From the NCBI GenBank assembly GCA_965371245.1, contig CBDUXT010000022.1, positions 620 through 64,619 on the forward strand: a stretch of DNA of 64,000 nt. The letters are read 5' to 3'. Shown here piece after piece: positions 34,930 to 44,755 of this stretch (position 1 is the stretch's first letter; every line of letters begins with the position of its first letter). The notes under the pieces are model-generated. The model did no database searches, had not been told where the DNA came from, and worked only from the letters and a program-made list of their open reading frames with translations. The position numbers and the translations under genes were made by a program. Source of the stretch: an uncultured bacterium. Lineage in GTDB: Bacteria; Planctomycetota; Phycisphaerae; UBA1845.

Positions 34930-37900
34930 ACTCGGCGTCCATCCGCCCGGTGCATTGGGCGTGGCGTTTTTCATGCACACGCGCGCGGAGTGCTTCGTGG
35001 GCCGCGGCGGTGACGGCATCACGCTGCCGCTCAAGGACGCGGGCGCGCTGAATCTGCTGGACGACGGACGCCAACGATCGATTGCCCTCGGCGGAAAGAT
35101 CCTGGCGAATCTTCTCGAGGCCGACGCGCTGGACCGCATGCCCGAACTTCTCCTGGTCTGCTGTAACCCGAACCAATTAGATCTGGTCACGCAGGAAGTG
35201 ACGCGTTTCCTTGAGAGCCTGGCGGGCCGAGGGCGTTTGCGATCGATCGATGACATCCGGCGCCACGTGCCGATTCTGCTGCTGATGCCCAACGGCGTGC
35301 TGATGGAGCAGACCATCGCCACCTATGAAGATCAAGTCAGCGAAGCCGTCCTGATGGAGCGGCTGCCCGGCGTGGACGAGTCGATGGTGGAGGCACTGAT
35401 GGCGCGAGTGGTCCGCGGCATTTCGCTCCAGGCGGGCGGACGTCGTGGGATGGGACGAGACACCGTGTATCTGCTCGAAAAGAAAGGCTCGCTGGTGTTC
35501 GCCGGCGGCGGGGACTTCGAGCGATCGCGCATCGAGGCGATTCTGGGCGTCCGCCAGTACCCGTTCCACCACGCCAAGGGCGTGCCCGGCACGCGGATCG
35601 AGTTCGACAAGGCGATGATCTCGATGGTCCTCAACGTCGGAGGACTGATTCACACCGTCAAGTCCAGCGGTGAGCTGATCGATCTGCGCATGGGCGACCT
35701 GTGCGGCGACGCGAGCAAGGCGGAATTCGTCGAACGCGTCGGACGCGCGGTGTTCGACGTGGGCCAGGTGGTCGATGCCTATCCACGCGAGGCAAGCTAT
35801 GAAGCCATCTGGGCGAAGCACCGTGCCACCATCATGTCGTTCGCTGGACACATGACCAGCTCGCTCAAGACCCTTCGCGACGCACTGGCGAATGGCTTGA
35901 ACAGTGTCACGCTGTTTTCCAACGAGGAGTGGATTCTGACGCCGCTCTGTCGCTACGCAGCGAAGGCCGGTCTGTCTGAAGCGGAAGCGCTGTTCAAATC
36001 GCTCAAGCACGAGGTTCAGGCGTCCATGGCGCGAGCCATTCGCCATCGAGATCACACCAACCACGGTGGACAACCAGGAGCTACCGACATGCCACTGACG
36101 GCTCAACGCAACATCACGATCGAACTCTTCGACGCCGGCCCCGATCACGTTGCGGTCGTCGGCACCATGCTCGACAGCGAGCATCTGATCAAACTCGATA
36201 TCAAGATCTACCTGCCCGACGAACAGATCGTTAGCAGTCGGCTGAGCATGATTCGCGTGCCGTTTCCCGTGTGCCGCGAGGTCGAGAGCGCGGCCGAGCG
36301 CCTGGTGGGCCTGCGCATCGAACGCGGGGTGCTCGCCGAGATTATTCGTCGCGTTGGCGGTCGCGTGGGGTGCTCGCACATCAAAGAACTCGCCACGAAC
36401 ATCATCTATTTCGTGGCGTCCGATCTGGTGCGCCGCCGGGCCGGCCTGGACCCGCTGAGCGCGGACTTCGGACAGAAACCACCGGAAGAGCGCTTCGCGC
36501 TGACCAAGGAGCTGTTGCGCGATACGTGCCTTGCTTATTGCCAGACGACGTCGCTTGGCCTCGACGAGCAGATCGGCATCAAGCGGGTCGGCGAGGTCCA
36601 TACGAGCAACATTCCGCTGGGCGAGTATGAGTCGTCGGTGGGCGTTGTTCTGCGGAACCGCGCCGAGCGCTTCGGCGACAAGCCCTTCCTTCGTACGCGA
36701 CAAGGCGACGACGAGTCGATGACGACCTGGTCGCGGTTTTTACGCGAGGTGCGCACGATCGCGCGAAACCTGATCGATCTGGGCGTGCGCCCGGGCGACC
36801 GCGTCGGGATGATTTCGGAGAACCGACCGGAGATGTTCGAGGCCGACCTTGCGATCATGGCCATCGGCGCCGTGACCGTGCCGGTGTTCGCCGGATACCC
36901 GCGACATCAAATCGCCTACGTGCTGGGGCACGCCAAGCCGAAACTACTGATCGTCTCGGGCATGCATCAGCTCGATAAGATCGAGGCGGAGCGCCACCCG
37001 TGGATCAAGAAGTGCGTTGCGATGGACTTTGGCGCCGATTGTGCGGCGTGGGGTGCGATCCCCTTCAGCGACCTGCTCGAACCTTCCAAGACGACCGACG
37101 GCGAACTCGACGCAAGAATCGATGCGGTCCAGCCGGACGATCTGTGTCTTGTCATGTATACGTCCGGCACGACCGGCCCGCCGAAGGGGGTTCGTCTGTG
37201 TCATCGCAACATCATCACGCAGCAAAAAGCCATCGAACTCATCTGGGACGTTAGTGACCAGGACGTTTTGCTGAGCTACCTGCCGTGGCACCACAGCTTC
37301 GGCGGAATCTTCGAGCGGTTTCTGGCGCTTTATCACGGGTGCGAACTCTGCCTTGACGATTCTCGCGGGCGCGACGTCGATCGGCTGATCGCCAATTGGA
37401 AGGCCTTCGATCCGACGCTCTTTTTCAGCGTGCCGCGCGTGCATGACCTGATCGTGACCGCCTGCCGCGCGACACAGGAGGTGGACCGTGTCATCTTTGG
37501 TGGGCGGCTCCGCTTCGTGTTCACCGCCGGCGCCTCGCTGCCCGCGCCGGTGGCGGCCACCTACCGACGGCACAACATACCGGTGCTTGAGGGCTGGGGG
37601 CTCACCGAGACCGCCCCGAGCGTGACCCTGACCACGCTCGATGGCTCGTGGCGTAGCGGCTACGTCGGGTTTCCGATCCCCGGCGTCTCGGTTCGCATCG
37701 ACGACGATCAGGAGATTCTGGTCAAGGGTCCCAACGTGATGAGCGGCTACCTCGACGACGAGGAGGCCACCGCCCACGTGCTCGGGTCGAACGGCTGGTT
37801 CAAAACCGGCGACCTCGGCGAGTTCACCAAGAACGGTCTTCGCGTGTTCGGCCGAAAGGACGGCGCCTTCAAACTGACCACCGGCGAGAAGGTCCACCCG

Positions 37901-38320
37901 CAACGGATCGAGACCGTGCTGGTCAACGAGTCGCGTTACATCGACCAGGCCCTGGCATTGGGCAGCGGGGAGGACTTCGTAGGCGCCCTCGTGTATCCGG
38001 CGATGGGTGAACTGACCCGATGGGCCGACGAGCACGGCGCAACGAGTGATGATCTTCTGACGGAGCCGAGTATTCGCGCATTCTTGAGCCGAGAAATCGA
38101 GCGACTCAACGCATTGGTCGAAGTGAAGTATCAGCGCGTTCGGCGCGTGATTCTGACCGATCGCGAGCCGACGCTGGCCAACGGTGAACTGACGCCGTCG
38201 GGCAAGATCGTACGCAAGGCGGTCATCGCCAATCACAAGGATGCCCTGGACGACATGTTTGCGCTGATGCCCGGCGAGCGCGTGATCCGGGTCGGGCACG
38301 TGCAGTTACAAAGGGCGTAA
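34913..38320 (+). CDS. three-domain fusion: PanE/ApbA-like oxidoreductase-like region, DUF2889-like module and AMP-forming acyl-CoA synthetase (FadD/COG1022-like)
   Basis: About 34913-36060: ketopantoate-reductase-like (LLVCCNPNQLDLV, LLLMPNGV, EFDKAMISMVLNVGGL), but the GxGxxG is degenerate. About 36090-36480: RNITIELFD...VGGRVGCSHIKELATN, DUF2889-like from memory. About 36640-38320: AMP-binding (MYTSGTTGPPKGV, GWFKTGDLG, GRKDGAFKLTTGEKV). ATG 34913 lies 11 nt after AGGAG. Confidence 0.8.
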   Translation: MLRTGELGVHPPGALGVAFFMHTRAECFVGRGGDGITLPLKDAGALNLLDDGRQRSIALGGKILANLLEADALDRMPELLLVCCNPNQLDLVTQEVTRFLESLAGRGRLRSIDDIRRHVPILLLMPNGVLMEQTIATYEDQVSEAVLMERLPGVDESMVEALMARVVRGISLQAGGRRGMGRDTVYLLEKKGSLVFAGGGDFERSRIEAILGVRQYPFHHAKGVPGTRIEFDKAMISMVLNVGGLIHTVKSSGELIDLRMGDLCGDASKAEFVERVGRAVFDVGQVVDAYPREASYEAIWAKHRATIMSFAGHMTSSLKTLRDALANGLNSVTLFSNEEWILTPLCRYAAKAGLSEAEALFKSLKHEVQASMARAIRHRDHTNHGGQPGATDMPLTAQRNITIELFDAGPDHVAVVGTMLDSEHLIKLDIKIYLPDEQIVSSRLSMIRVPFPVCREVESAAERLVGLRIERGVLAEIIRRVGGRVGCSHIKELATNIIYFVASDLVRRRAGLDPLSADFGQKPPEERFALTKELLRDTCLAYCQTTSLGLDEQIGIKRVGEVHTSNIPLGEYESSVGVVLRNRAERFGDKPFLRTRQGDDESMTTWSRFLREVRTIARNLIDLGVRPGDRVGMISENRPEMFEADLAIMAIGAVTVPVFAGYPRHQIAYVLGHAKPKLLIVSGMHQLDKIEAERHPWIKKCVAMDFGADCAAWGAIPFSDLLEPSKTTDGELDARIDAVQPDDLCLVMYTSGTTGPPKGVRLCHRNIITQQKAIELIWDVSDQDVLLSYLPWHHSFGGIFERFLALYHGCELCLDDSRGRDVDRLIANWKAFDPTLFFSVPRVHDLIVTACRATQEVDRVIFGGRLRFVFTAGASLPAPVAATYRRHNIPVLEGWGLTETAPSVTLTTLDGSWRSGYVGFPIPGVSVRIDDDQEILVKGPNVMSGYLDDEEATAHVLGSNGWFKTGDLGEFTKNGLRVFGRKDGAFKLTTGEKVHPQRIETVLVNESRYIDQALALGSGEDFVGALVYPAMGELTRWADEHGATSDDLLTEPSIRAFLSREIERLNALVEVKYQRVRRVILTDREPTLANGELTPSGKIVRKAVIANHKDALDDMFALMPGERVIRVGHVQLQRA

Positions 38321-39571
38321 ATGGTGAAGACAAACGAATATCCAGCGATCGTCATCGTCGATGGCGCGCGAACGCCCATCGGCGTCAAGTGCGGCACGCT
38401 GAAGCGCTTTGCGCCGGAGGATCTGGCCACGCTTGCTTGCGAGGAGGCCATCCGCCGTAGCGGCATCGCCCGCGAACGAATCGACACGGCCGTCGGCGCC
38501 AATGTGTATCAATACACGGCCCCCGGCGCGCAGGACATCTATTTCCCGCGCAATGTCGGATTGCGCTGCCGGCTGAACGTCGAAACGCCGGCACTGATGG
38601 TGCAGCGCATCTGCGGCTCGGGCTTGCAAACGATTGTCAGCGCCATGCAGCAGCTCGCCCTGCCCGACGTCGTGGACGACGCGAAAACGGCGCTCTGCTT
38701 CGGCAGCGAGGTGATGTCGCGTACGCCGCAGGTGATTCGCGCTCCGCGCAATGATGCCAACTTCTGGGAATTCGAAGAAGGTGGAACCGTCGAGGACATG
38801 CTGCTGGCCGGACTGAACCACGATCTGGCCCATACCACCATGATGCTCACCGCCGACGAGTACGGTCACGCAACCGGCGTGACACGACAGGCATGCGATG
38901 CGTTCGCATCGCAATCGCATGAGCGCGCCCGAGCCGCCTATCGCAACAGCCATCTCAACGGCGGCGACGCGCTGCATGGCATGTTTGCGATCGACGCAAC
39001 GGACCTGAGCGGAGAACCCGTACACCTCGCCCGGGACGAATGCACCCGAAACACCTCGGCTGAAGCGCTGGCGAAGCTGCGCGGCATCACGCCGCACAAA
39101 CTCGTGTCTGCCGGTAACGCCAGCGAGCTGAGCGACGGGGCGGCCGCGGTGGTGCTGGCCGAGCGCGAGGTCGCTAGGCAAAACGGATGGTCCACGCAAT
39201 TCGAAATCGTCGGCTACTGTGTCCGCGGAGTCGATCCGCGCGTCATGGGCTCCGGCCCGGTGCCCTCCATCAACCAGGCACTGCGTCGCGCCGGGCTTGA
39301 GCAACCCGATATCGGTCTGTGGGAGATCAACGAAGCATTCGCCGCGCAGTATCTCGGCGTGGAAACGCAAATGGGGCTTCCGCGCGAGAACGTCAACGTC
39401 AACGGCGGAGCGATTGCCCTGGGGCATCCCCTGGCCGCCACCGGCGTGCGGCTGATCGTCGATCTCATGTATGAAATGAAGCGTCGCGGCGTCGAGCACG
39501 GCTGCGCCTCGGCTTGTATCGGCGGTGGGCAGGGCATCGCCGTCATCCTGCGAAATACGGAACCAACATGA
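38321..39571 (+). CDS. acetyl-CoA C-acyltransferase (thiolase)
   Basis: Active-site region RICGSGLQ, NVNGGAIALGHPLAATG and CIGGGQGIAVIL. Confidence 0.93.
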   Translation: MVKTNEYPAIVIVDGARTPIGVKCGTLKRFAPEDLATLACEEAIRRSGIARERIDTAVGANVYQYTAPGAQDIYFPRNVGLRCRLNVETPALMVQRICGSGLQTIVSAMQQLALPDVVDDAKTALCFGSEVMSRTPQVIRAPRNDANFWEFEEGGTVEDMLLAGLNHDLAHTTMMLTADEYGHATGVTRQACDAFASQSHERARAAYRNSHLNGGDALHGMFAIDATDLSGEPVHLARDECTRNTSAEALAKLRGITPHKLVSAGNASELSDGAAAVVLAEREVARQNGWSTQFEIVGYCVRGVDPRVMGSGPVPSINQALRRAGLEQPDIGLWEINEAFAAQYLGVETQMGLPRENVNVNGGAIALGHPLAATGVRLIVDLMYEMKRRGVEHGCASACIGGGQGIAVILRNTEPT

Positions 39572-39599
39572 ACCTTTGCCCTCTCAACGGAGCGGTCCC

Positions 39600-42059
39600 A
39601 TGAAGCGCGCATTCTCATTCGGCGACAAGGCGATTGAACCGGCCGTACGCCGCGTCAACGAGATTCGGTGTGTGGCCATCATCGGCGCCGGCACGATGGG
39701 GCAAGGCATCGTCATCGACCTGCTCCGGAAAACGGATTACGCCATTACACTCCTGGATGTGAAGCAGGAGGCACTTGACGCCGCTTGCACTCGGGTCGAA
39801 TCAATCTTCAAGAAAGATGTGGCCGCGCTTCGGATGCGCGAGGAGGATGCCGCCGCTTGTGTCGCGCGGATGACCTATACGCGCAGCTACGATTCGCTTG
39901 GCAAGGCCGACATTGTCTGGGAGGTCGCCACCGAACGAAGTGATGTCAAGGCTTCCATCTTCGCCAAGATCGAGGATGCGATCGATCCCGCGGGTCTTGC
40001 CGCGATCTTCTCGAACACGTCATCGCACACGACGGCCGAACTCGCCGAACTGTTTCGTTCGGAGGCGTTTCGCGAAAGATTCCTGACCGTTCACGGATAC
40101 TATCCGTTCGAAGCCAACCGCCTCATCGACGTCATGAAGGGCAAGTACGCCTCTAACGCCACGTTCAAGATCGCCACGGTCTTCGCCGACCAGATCCTCG
40201 AAAAGACGGTCATCGCGCTGCCGGTCGATCACCACGGCTACATCACCGATCCGATCTTTCAGGCGATGGGCGCCATCATTTCGTGGGACGTCAAGACCTC
40301 GAAGGACATCGTCGAGCGCGGCGGACTGTGGGACCTCTTTACGGCCAATCCGTTCGTCGTGCTCGACCAAACCGGGCACATGCCCTACACCGAGTCATCG
40401 CGCCACCTCGGCACCGCGTTGCCCGAAACCGATCGACTGCGCAGCCTCTACCAGCGCGACGGCGCGTTCTATCCGGCATGGATCGCGCGGCTGGAGCGCG
40501 ACGGACGTACCGGGGTTCAGTCCAGCGAGCGTCGCGGCTTCTTCGCCTGGAGTTCGGACGATCGACCCAAGCCCACGGCCGTACTCGATCCACAAACGAA
40601 CGAATACGTACCGATCTGCGAGATATCACGAAAAGATCACTGGTCCTACTACGAGGCCTCGGAGCAGGATCGCCTCGCCGGTCGGATCAAGAGTGCCGAG
40701 TCCCTCGTGCATGTCGCCTGTGCGGGTGACGCGGGTGGGCGCGCGTTCCGGCGCTATGTCCTTCCGATTTGCCTCTATGCCCTGGATATGATTCAGGATC
40801 GCATCGCCACACCCGGGCAGATCAACATGGCGACCCGGGCGGGGCTTCGCTTCAAGGTGGGGCTGATCGAACTCATCGACACGCTCATCGCCCATCTGAC
40901 GATCGACGGCGTGATCGAACTGATCCGCAGGGCGCGCGATGAGAACGCCGACGATCCTCTCATGGTAGAGATGCTCGACGTGGACGGCGCCGCGGGGCCA
41001 CGCCAAGGCCGGCCGTGTTTGCTGTGGGACATGAAGCGTCGCAACCTCCCGCGACTGCTCGGCTACGGCAAACACTATCGAACGCCGGTCGCGGAACTCG
41101 ATCTTGAAACCGGCACGTACCGAGGTTGCTATCTCGATCTCAAAATGACCGCGCCCTCGTCGAAAGACCGTGTCGCGAGCATCGTGTTCAACAGCTCGCT
41201 GCGTGGGAACGTATTCAACAAGTCCGTCATCGATCAACTCGCCCACGCGTTCAGTCGCGTGCTTGCGCTGCATCAAAAAGGTGCGTGCGGGGCCGTGCTC
41301 TTCAGCGCCGCCGGTTGCGGGATGCGCATGCTCGGCGCCGATGCACGAGAGTTCAATCGCGGCTGGTTCGAGCGCGAGCAGGGGTATGCGCCGCTGGACG
41401 AATCCGAGGCGGCGGCCTCGAGTCGCAACGCAGTCTCACTCTTCCGTTTGATACAACGGAGTCCCGTCGCGTCCATCGGCGTCTTCGGCGAAAAGTGGGG
41501 CGGGGGGGCGGAATTCAGCTATTTTCTGGATCTTCGGTACGACGTACGCGCCCACGGTTTCACGTTCGACTCGCTCGAACGAGAGTCCCGATGGGGACGG
41601 AAGAACACCTACAACCAACCGGAACTCGACTTTGCGATTCTTCCCGGTTTCGGCGCGGCCGGTGAACTCAAACGCCTCGGCATGGGCGACTCGATCATCT
41701 TTGAACTGTTCGATCAAGGACTGACGGCCGATCGCGCCCACCAGGTCGGCCTGAGCAACGGCGTGTTCGATGATGAATGGGAGGGGATCCGGCGGGGCTT
41801 CGAACGTGCCCGGCAGATGGCCAAGGACGCGCCCTACTCGCGGGCTCTGTTCAAGCAGGAACTCGCCCGCGGCGCGGATGACGAGGCGCTGGCCGGTGAC
41901 ACGGCCGCGACGTTCGACCCCAAGCGTAACCCGTTCATACGAACCGGGCTGCTGGCCTTACTCGATCGCGAACATCGAGCGCCGACGATGAACTACGCCT
42001 GCAACGGTGTTCAGCTCCCCGGATGGCAGTACCCCACGGAAAATGGAATGGCCGATTGA
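39600..42059 (+). CDS. bifunctional 3-hydroxyacyl-CoA dehydrogenase (N-terminal) / crotonase-fold (C-terminal) protein
   Basis: VAIIGAGTMGQGIV Rossmann motif and the 3HCDH N and C domains. The C-terminal ~300 aa has a crotonase-like segment (VLFSAAGCGMRMLGADAREF). 819 aa. Confidence 0.85.
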   Translation: MKRAFSFGDKAIEPAVRRVNEIRCVAIIGAGTMGQGIVIDLLRKTDYAITLLDVKQEALDAACTRVESIFKKDVAALRMREEDAAACVARMTYTRSYDSLGKADIVWEVATERSDVKASIFAKIEDAIDPAGLAAIFSNTSSHTTAELAELFRSEAFRERFLTVHGYYPFEANRLIDVMKGKYASNATFKIATVFADQILEKTVIALPVDHHGYITDPIFQAMGAIISWDVKTSKDIVERGGLWDLFTANPFVVLDQTGHMPYTESSRHLGTALPETDRLRSLYQRDGAFYPAWIARLERDGRTGVQSSERRGFFAWSSDDRPKPTAVLDPQTNEYVPICEISRKDHWSYYEASEQDRLAGRIKSAESLVHVACAGDAGGRAFRRYVLPICLYALDMIQDRIATPGQINMATRAGLRFKVGLIELIDTLIAHLTIDGVIELIRRARDENADDPLMVEMLDVDGAAGPRQGRPCLLWDMKRRNLPRLLGYGKHYRTPVAELDLETGTYRGCYLDLKMTAPSSKDRVASIVFNSSLRGNVFNKSVIDQLAHAFSRVLALHQKGACGAVLFSAAGCGMRMLGADAREFNRGWFEREQGYAPLDESEAAASSRNAVSLFRLIQRSPVASIGVFGEKWGGGAEFSYFLDLRYDVRAHGFTFDSLERESRWGRKNTYNQPELDFAILPGFGAAGELKRLGMGDSIIFELFDQGLTADRAHQVGLSNGVFDDEWEGIRRGFERARQMAKDAPYSRALFKQELARGADDEALAGDTAATFDPKRNPFIRTGLLALLDREHRAPTMNYACNGVQLPGWQYPTENGMAD

Positions 42060-42124
42060 TGGGGACCGAAGGCGCCGAAGCGATCGGCGCCGCGAGGCCA
42101 AGAGCCTGGCCCAAATTGTGTGGC

Positions 42125-42147
42125 ACCGGCATCTTGCCGGTCTTTTC
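42125..42147 (+). terminator. candidate intrinsic terminator
   Basis: ACCGGCA-TCT-TGCCGGT (7-bp stem) followed by CTTTTC, 66 nt after the stop of the preceding gene. A second GC-rich hairpin GGCGCCGA-AGCGA-TCGGCGCC lies just upstream of it, starting ~10 nt after that gene's stop. Confidence 0.4.
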
Positions 42148-42210
42148 ACGGACTCGAAGCCCGTGGCGCACTTGTTATTGGGATAGGTTCCAGGACCAAC
42201 GGAGGTAAGC

Positions 42211-43365
42211 GTGACACAAGACGAAATCATTCAGCACTGTCGAAACCTGCTGGAGTTGCTGCCCGGTCAAGCGCTGGCCCAGGCGCGACGGCAGCATGGC
42301 GATATCGGCGGGTTCGGTGTTTTTCCGGTCTATGCTCCGGTCGAAATCATACACGCGGCCGGCCTCATGCCGGTCGGGCTGTTCGGCGCGGGTGATAAGG
42401 TCGAGCTGTCGCACGCGGAGTCTCGGTTTCAGTCCTTCATCTGTTCGATCGCCAAGAGCACGCTCGAGCTGTTCCTCAGCGGCGAGATGAAGGATTTCCA
42501 AGGCACCGTGTTCAGTTCAATCTGTGACGTCGCTCGCAATCTAGCGAGTCTGGTGAAACGCAACGTCCCGGAACTCTACATCGAGTACCTGCACATGCCC
42601 CAGAATATGTACAGCGCCCAATCGCTCAACTTCACTCGCGCGGAGTTCGAACGTTTTCGCGCGAACCTCTCGAGACATCTCGGGCGACCCATCACCGAAG
42701 ACGCGATCCGCAAGAGCTTGGCGCTCTACAACGAAGTGCGCGATCTGACCCGAAGGCTCTACGCTCATCGCAAGAGTCATCCCACGTCGATCGCGGCGGC
42801 CGACCTTTACGCGGTGGTTCAGGCCGGCACGCGCATGATGCCCGAAGATTACGCGCCGATGCTGCGCGAGTTCTGCGAGCACGCGCAGGCCGCCAAAGTC
42901 AAACCGCGAGACGGTGTCCGCGTCGTGGTCGAGGGCGCCTTCTGCGAACAGCCGCCCATCGGCCTGATCGATGTCATCGAGGCGAGCGGCTGTATCGTGC
43001 AGGACGACGACATCGCCATCGGCTGGCGACTCTTCGATCAAGACGTGGAATGCAACGGCGATCCGCTCGCGGCGCTGTCCAAGGCCTACCTCGCCGGCAG
43101 CACGTACACGTCGGTCCGTCACGACGTCAACAAGCCGCGCAGCGACCAACTGATCGACAGGATGAAGCGCGCGGGCGCCGAGGCTGTTCTTTTTACCCCG
43201 GCCAAGTTCTGCGAGCCCGCCCTGCTCGACTATGTCCTGTTTCGGCAGAAACTGGAAGCGGCGGACGTGCCGCATCTGAAGATCGAGTTTGAAGAGAAAA
43301 TGTGGACGTTCGAGACGACCCGAACGGAAGTCGAGACCTTCGCGGAGTCCATGCTCTTTGATTGA
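42211..43365 (+). CDS. bcrC: class I benzoyl-CoA reductase subunit, BcrC/BadD/BzdN-like
   Basis: HAD/BCR family. GGFGVFPVYAPVEIIHAAGLMPVGLFGAG is the typical BcrC N-terminus. 384 aa, GTG start after GGAGG. Confidence 0.85.
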   Translation: MTQDEIIQHCRNLLELLPGQALAQARRQHGDIGGFGVFPVYAPVEIIHAAGLMPVGLFGAGDKVELSHAESRFQSFICSIAKSTLELFLSGEMKDFQGTVFSSICDVARNLASLVKRNVPELYIEYLHMPQNMYSAQSLNFTRAEFERFRANLSRHLGRPITEDAIRKSLALYNEVRDLTRRLYAHRKSHPTSIAAADLYAVVQAGTRMMPEDYAPMLREFCEHAQAAKVKPRDGVRVVVEGAFCEQPPIGLIDVIEASGCIVQDDDIAIGWRLFDQDVECNGDPLAALSKAYLAGSTYTSVRHDVNKPRSDQLIDRMKRAGAEAVLFTPAKFCEPALLDYVLFRQKLEAADVPHLKIEFEEKMWTFETTRTEVETFAESMLFD

Positions 43366-43439
43366 GTGCGTGTAGCGGCGCCGCGACAGGAACCAAGAAA
43401 CCCGCTAGGACACCGGAACTCCGGTCGGAGCGAAACCTG

Positions 43440-44723
43440 ATGAGAACAGACGTTGCTGAAACGAAGGACTATCGCGGCAATGTGCATGAGCTGTCGCGCA
43501 ACATCATGACCGATTGGATGCAGGAACTGAAGGAGGCCACCGACAGCCCCGCGCCGTCCGCGTACATGATGATCAGCGGCAACTGCGTGGAAATCCTGCG
43601 ATGCTTCGACATCCTGCCGGTTTTTCCCGAGGTCAACGCCTTGCAACTGGCCATCCGGAAAAAATCGCTGCCCTACATCATCAAGAGCGAGGAAGTGGGG
43701 TACGCCTCTGACAACTGCGCGTACGTCAAGGCCGACATCGGATTCACGATGTGCGGCGGCGTCGGCGAGGGCGGCACGGTTCCCAAGCCTTCTTTCATCG
43801 TATGCAACTTCGTCGGCTGCAACGTCTACATCAAGTGGTTCGAACACTGCGCCCAGATGATGAACGTGCCGATGATCATGCTCGACGTGCCGTTTCTGCG
43901 CGAGGACGCGCCGAGCCAAGCAGACGTAGCCTACGTCATGTGTCAACTGCATGAACTCATCGAACGGTGCGAGGCGCTCACCGGCAAGAAGTTCGACATG
44001 GATCGGCTTCGAGAAATCCTGAAATACTCCGCCCGCGCCGAAGCCGGTTGGAGCCGCGCGAAAGAACTCTGCAAACATCGCCCGGCGCCGTTTGACGCCT
44101 ATTTCGACAGCATCAACATGATGGGGCCGATCAACGCCCTGCGCGGCACGAAGGAGGCGGCCGACTTCTTCGATGCCACGGTGGCGGAATACGAAAACAT
44201 GGTGGCCGAGGGCATCGGCGTGCTGGATGACGAACGCTTCCGCATCGTTGTGGAAGGCCCTCCGCCATATCCCTACTACCGCAACTTCCGCAATCTGTTC
44301 GAGGCCTGGGGTGCGGTGGCCGTTCAAAGCACCTACTCCACCGTTGGCGGCACCTGGGAGTTCGGATTCCGCCACGATCCGGATCGCCCCTTGGAGAGCA
44401 TCGCCGAGCAGATGATCCTGCACAACCTCTGCAATCGCTCGATGATCGAGCGCTACAAACAGATTCGAACGTACGTCGAAGACTGGCACGCAGACGCACT
44501 GGTGATCCACAGCATCAAGAGCTGTCGGCTGTTTTCCGCCGGGCAGGGCGACATGCGCGAGTATTTCACCAAGGATCTCGGCGTACCGACGTTGATGGTC
44601 GAGTCTGATCTCGAGGATCCGCGATACTATGCGGAGGCGCAGATGAAAAACCGCATCGACGCGTTCTTCGAGTCGCTGCAATACAAGCGCATGCGCCAAG
44701 GAGAAGAGGCGGCAACCGCCTGA
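43440..44723 (+). CDS. bcrB: class I benzoyl-CoA reductase subunit, BcrB/BadE/BzdO-like
   Basis: DNCAYVKADIG, GCNVYIKWFEH, FDMDRLREILKYSARAE, FRIVVEGPPPYP, GFRHDPDRPLESIAEQ, SIKSCRLFSAGQ and DLEDPRYY closely resemble my recollection of Thauera BcrB. An alternative TTG start at 43362 overlaps the bcrC stop. Confidence 0.88.
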   Translation: MRTDVAETKDYRGNVHELSRNIMTDWMQELKEATDSPAPSAYMMISGNCVEILRCFDILPVFPEVNALQLAIRKKSLPYIIKSEEVGYASDNCAYVKADIGFTMCGGVGEGGTVPKPSFIVCNFVGCNVYIKWFEHCAQMMNVPMIMLDVPFLREDAPSQADVAYVMCQLHELIERCEALTGKKFDMDRLREILKYSARAEAGWSRAKELCKHRPAPFDAYFDSINMMGPINALRGTKEAADFFDATVAEYENMVAEGIGVLDDERFRIVVEGPPPYPYYRNFRNLFEAWGAVAVQSTYSTVGGTWEFGFRHDPDRPLESIAEQMILHNLCNRSMIERYKQIRTYVEDWHADALVIHSIKSCRLFSAGQGDMREYFTKDLGVPTLMVESDLEDPRYYAEAQMKNRIDAFFESLQYKRMRQGEEAATA

Positions 44724-44755
44724 ACAACGCGACAAGACCGAAAGGGTTGGAATCC

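Noticed and set aside
35177-38299. Minus-strand ORFs of 508 aa and 451 aa opposite the fusion ligase gene
   Set aside because: Same antisense GC artefact. They have no recognisable domains, whereas the plus frame carries AMP-binding motifs throughout.
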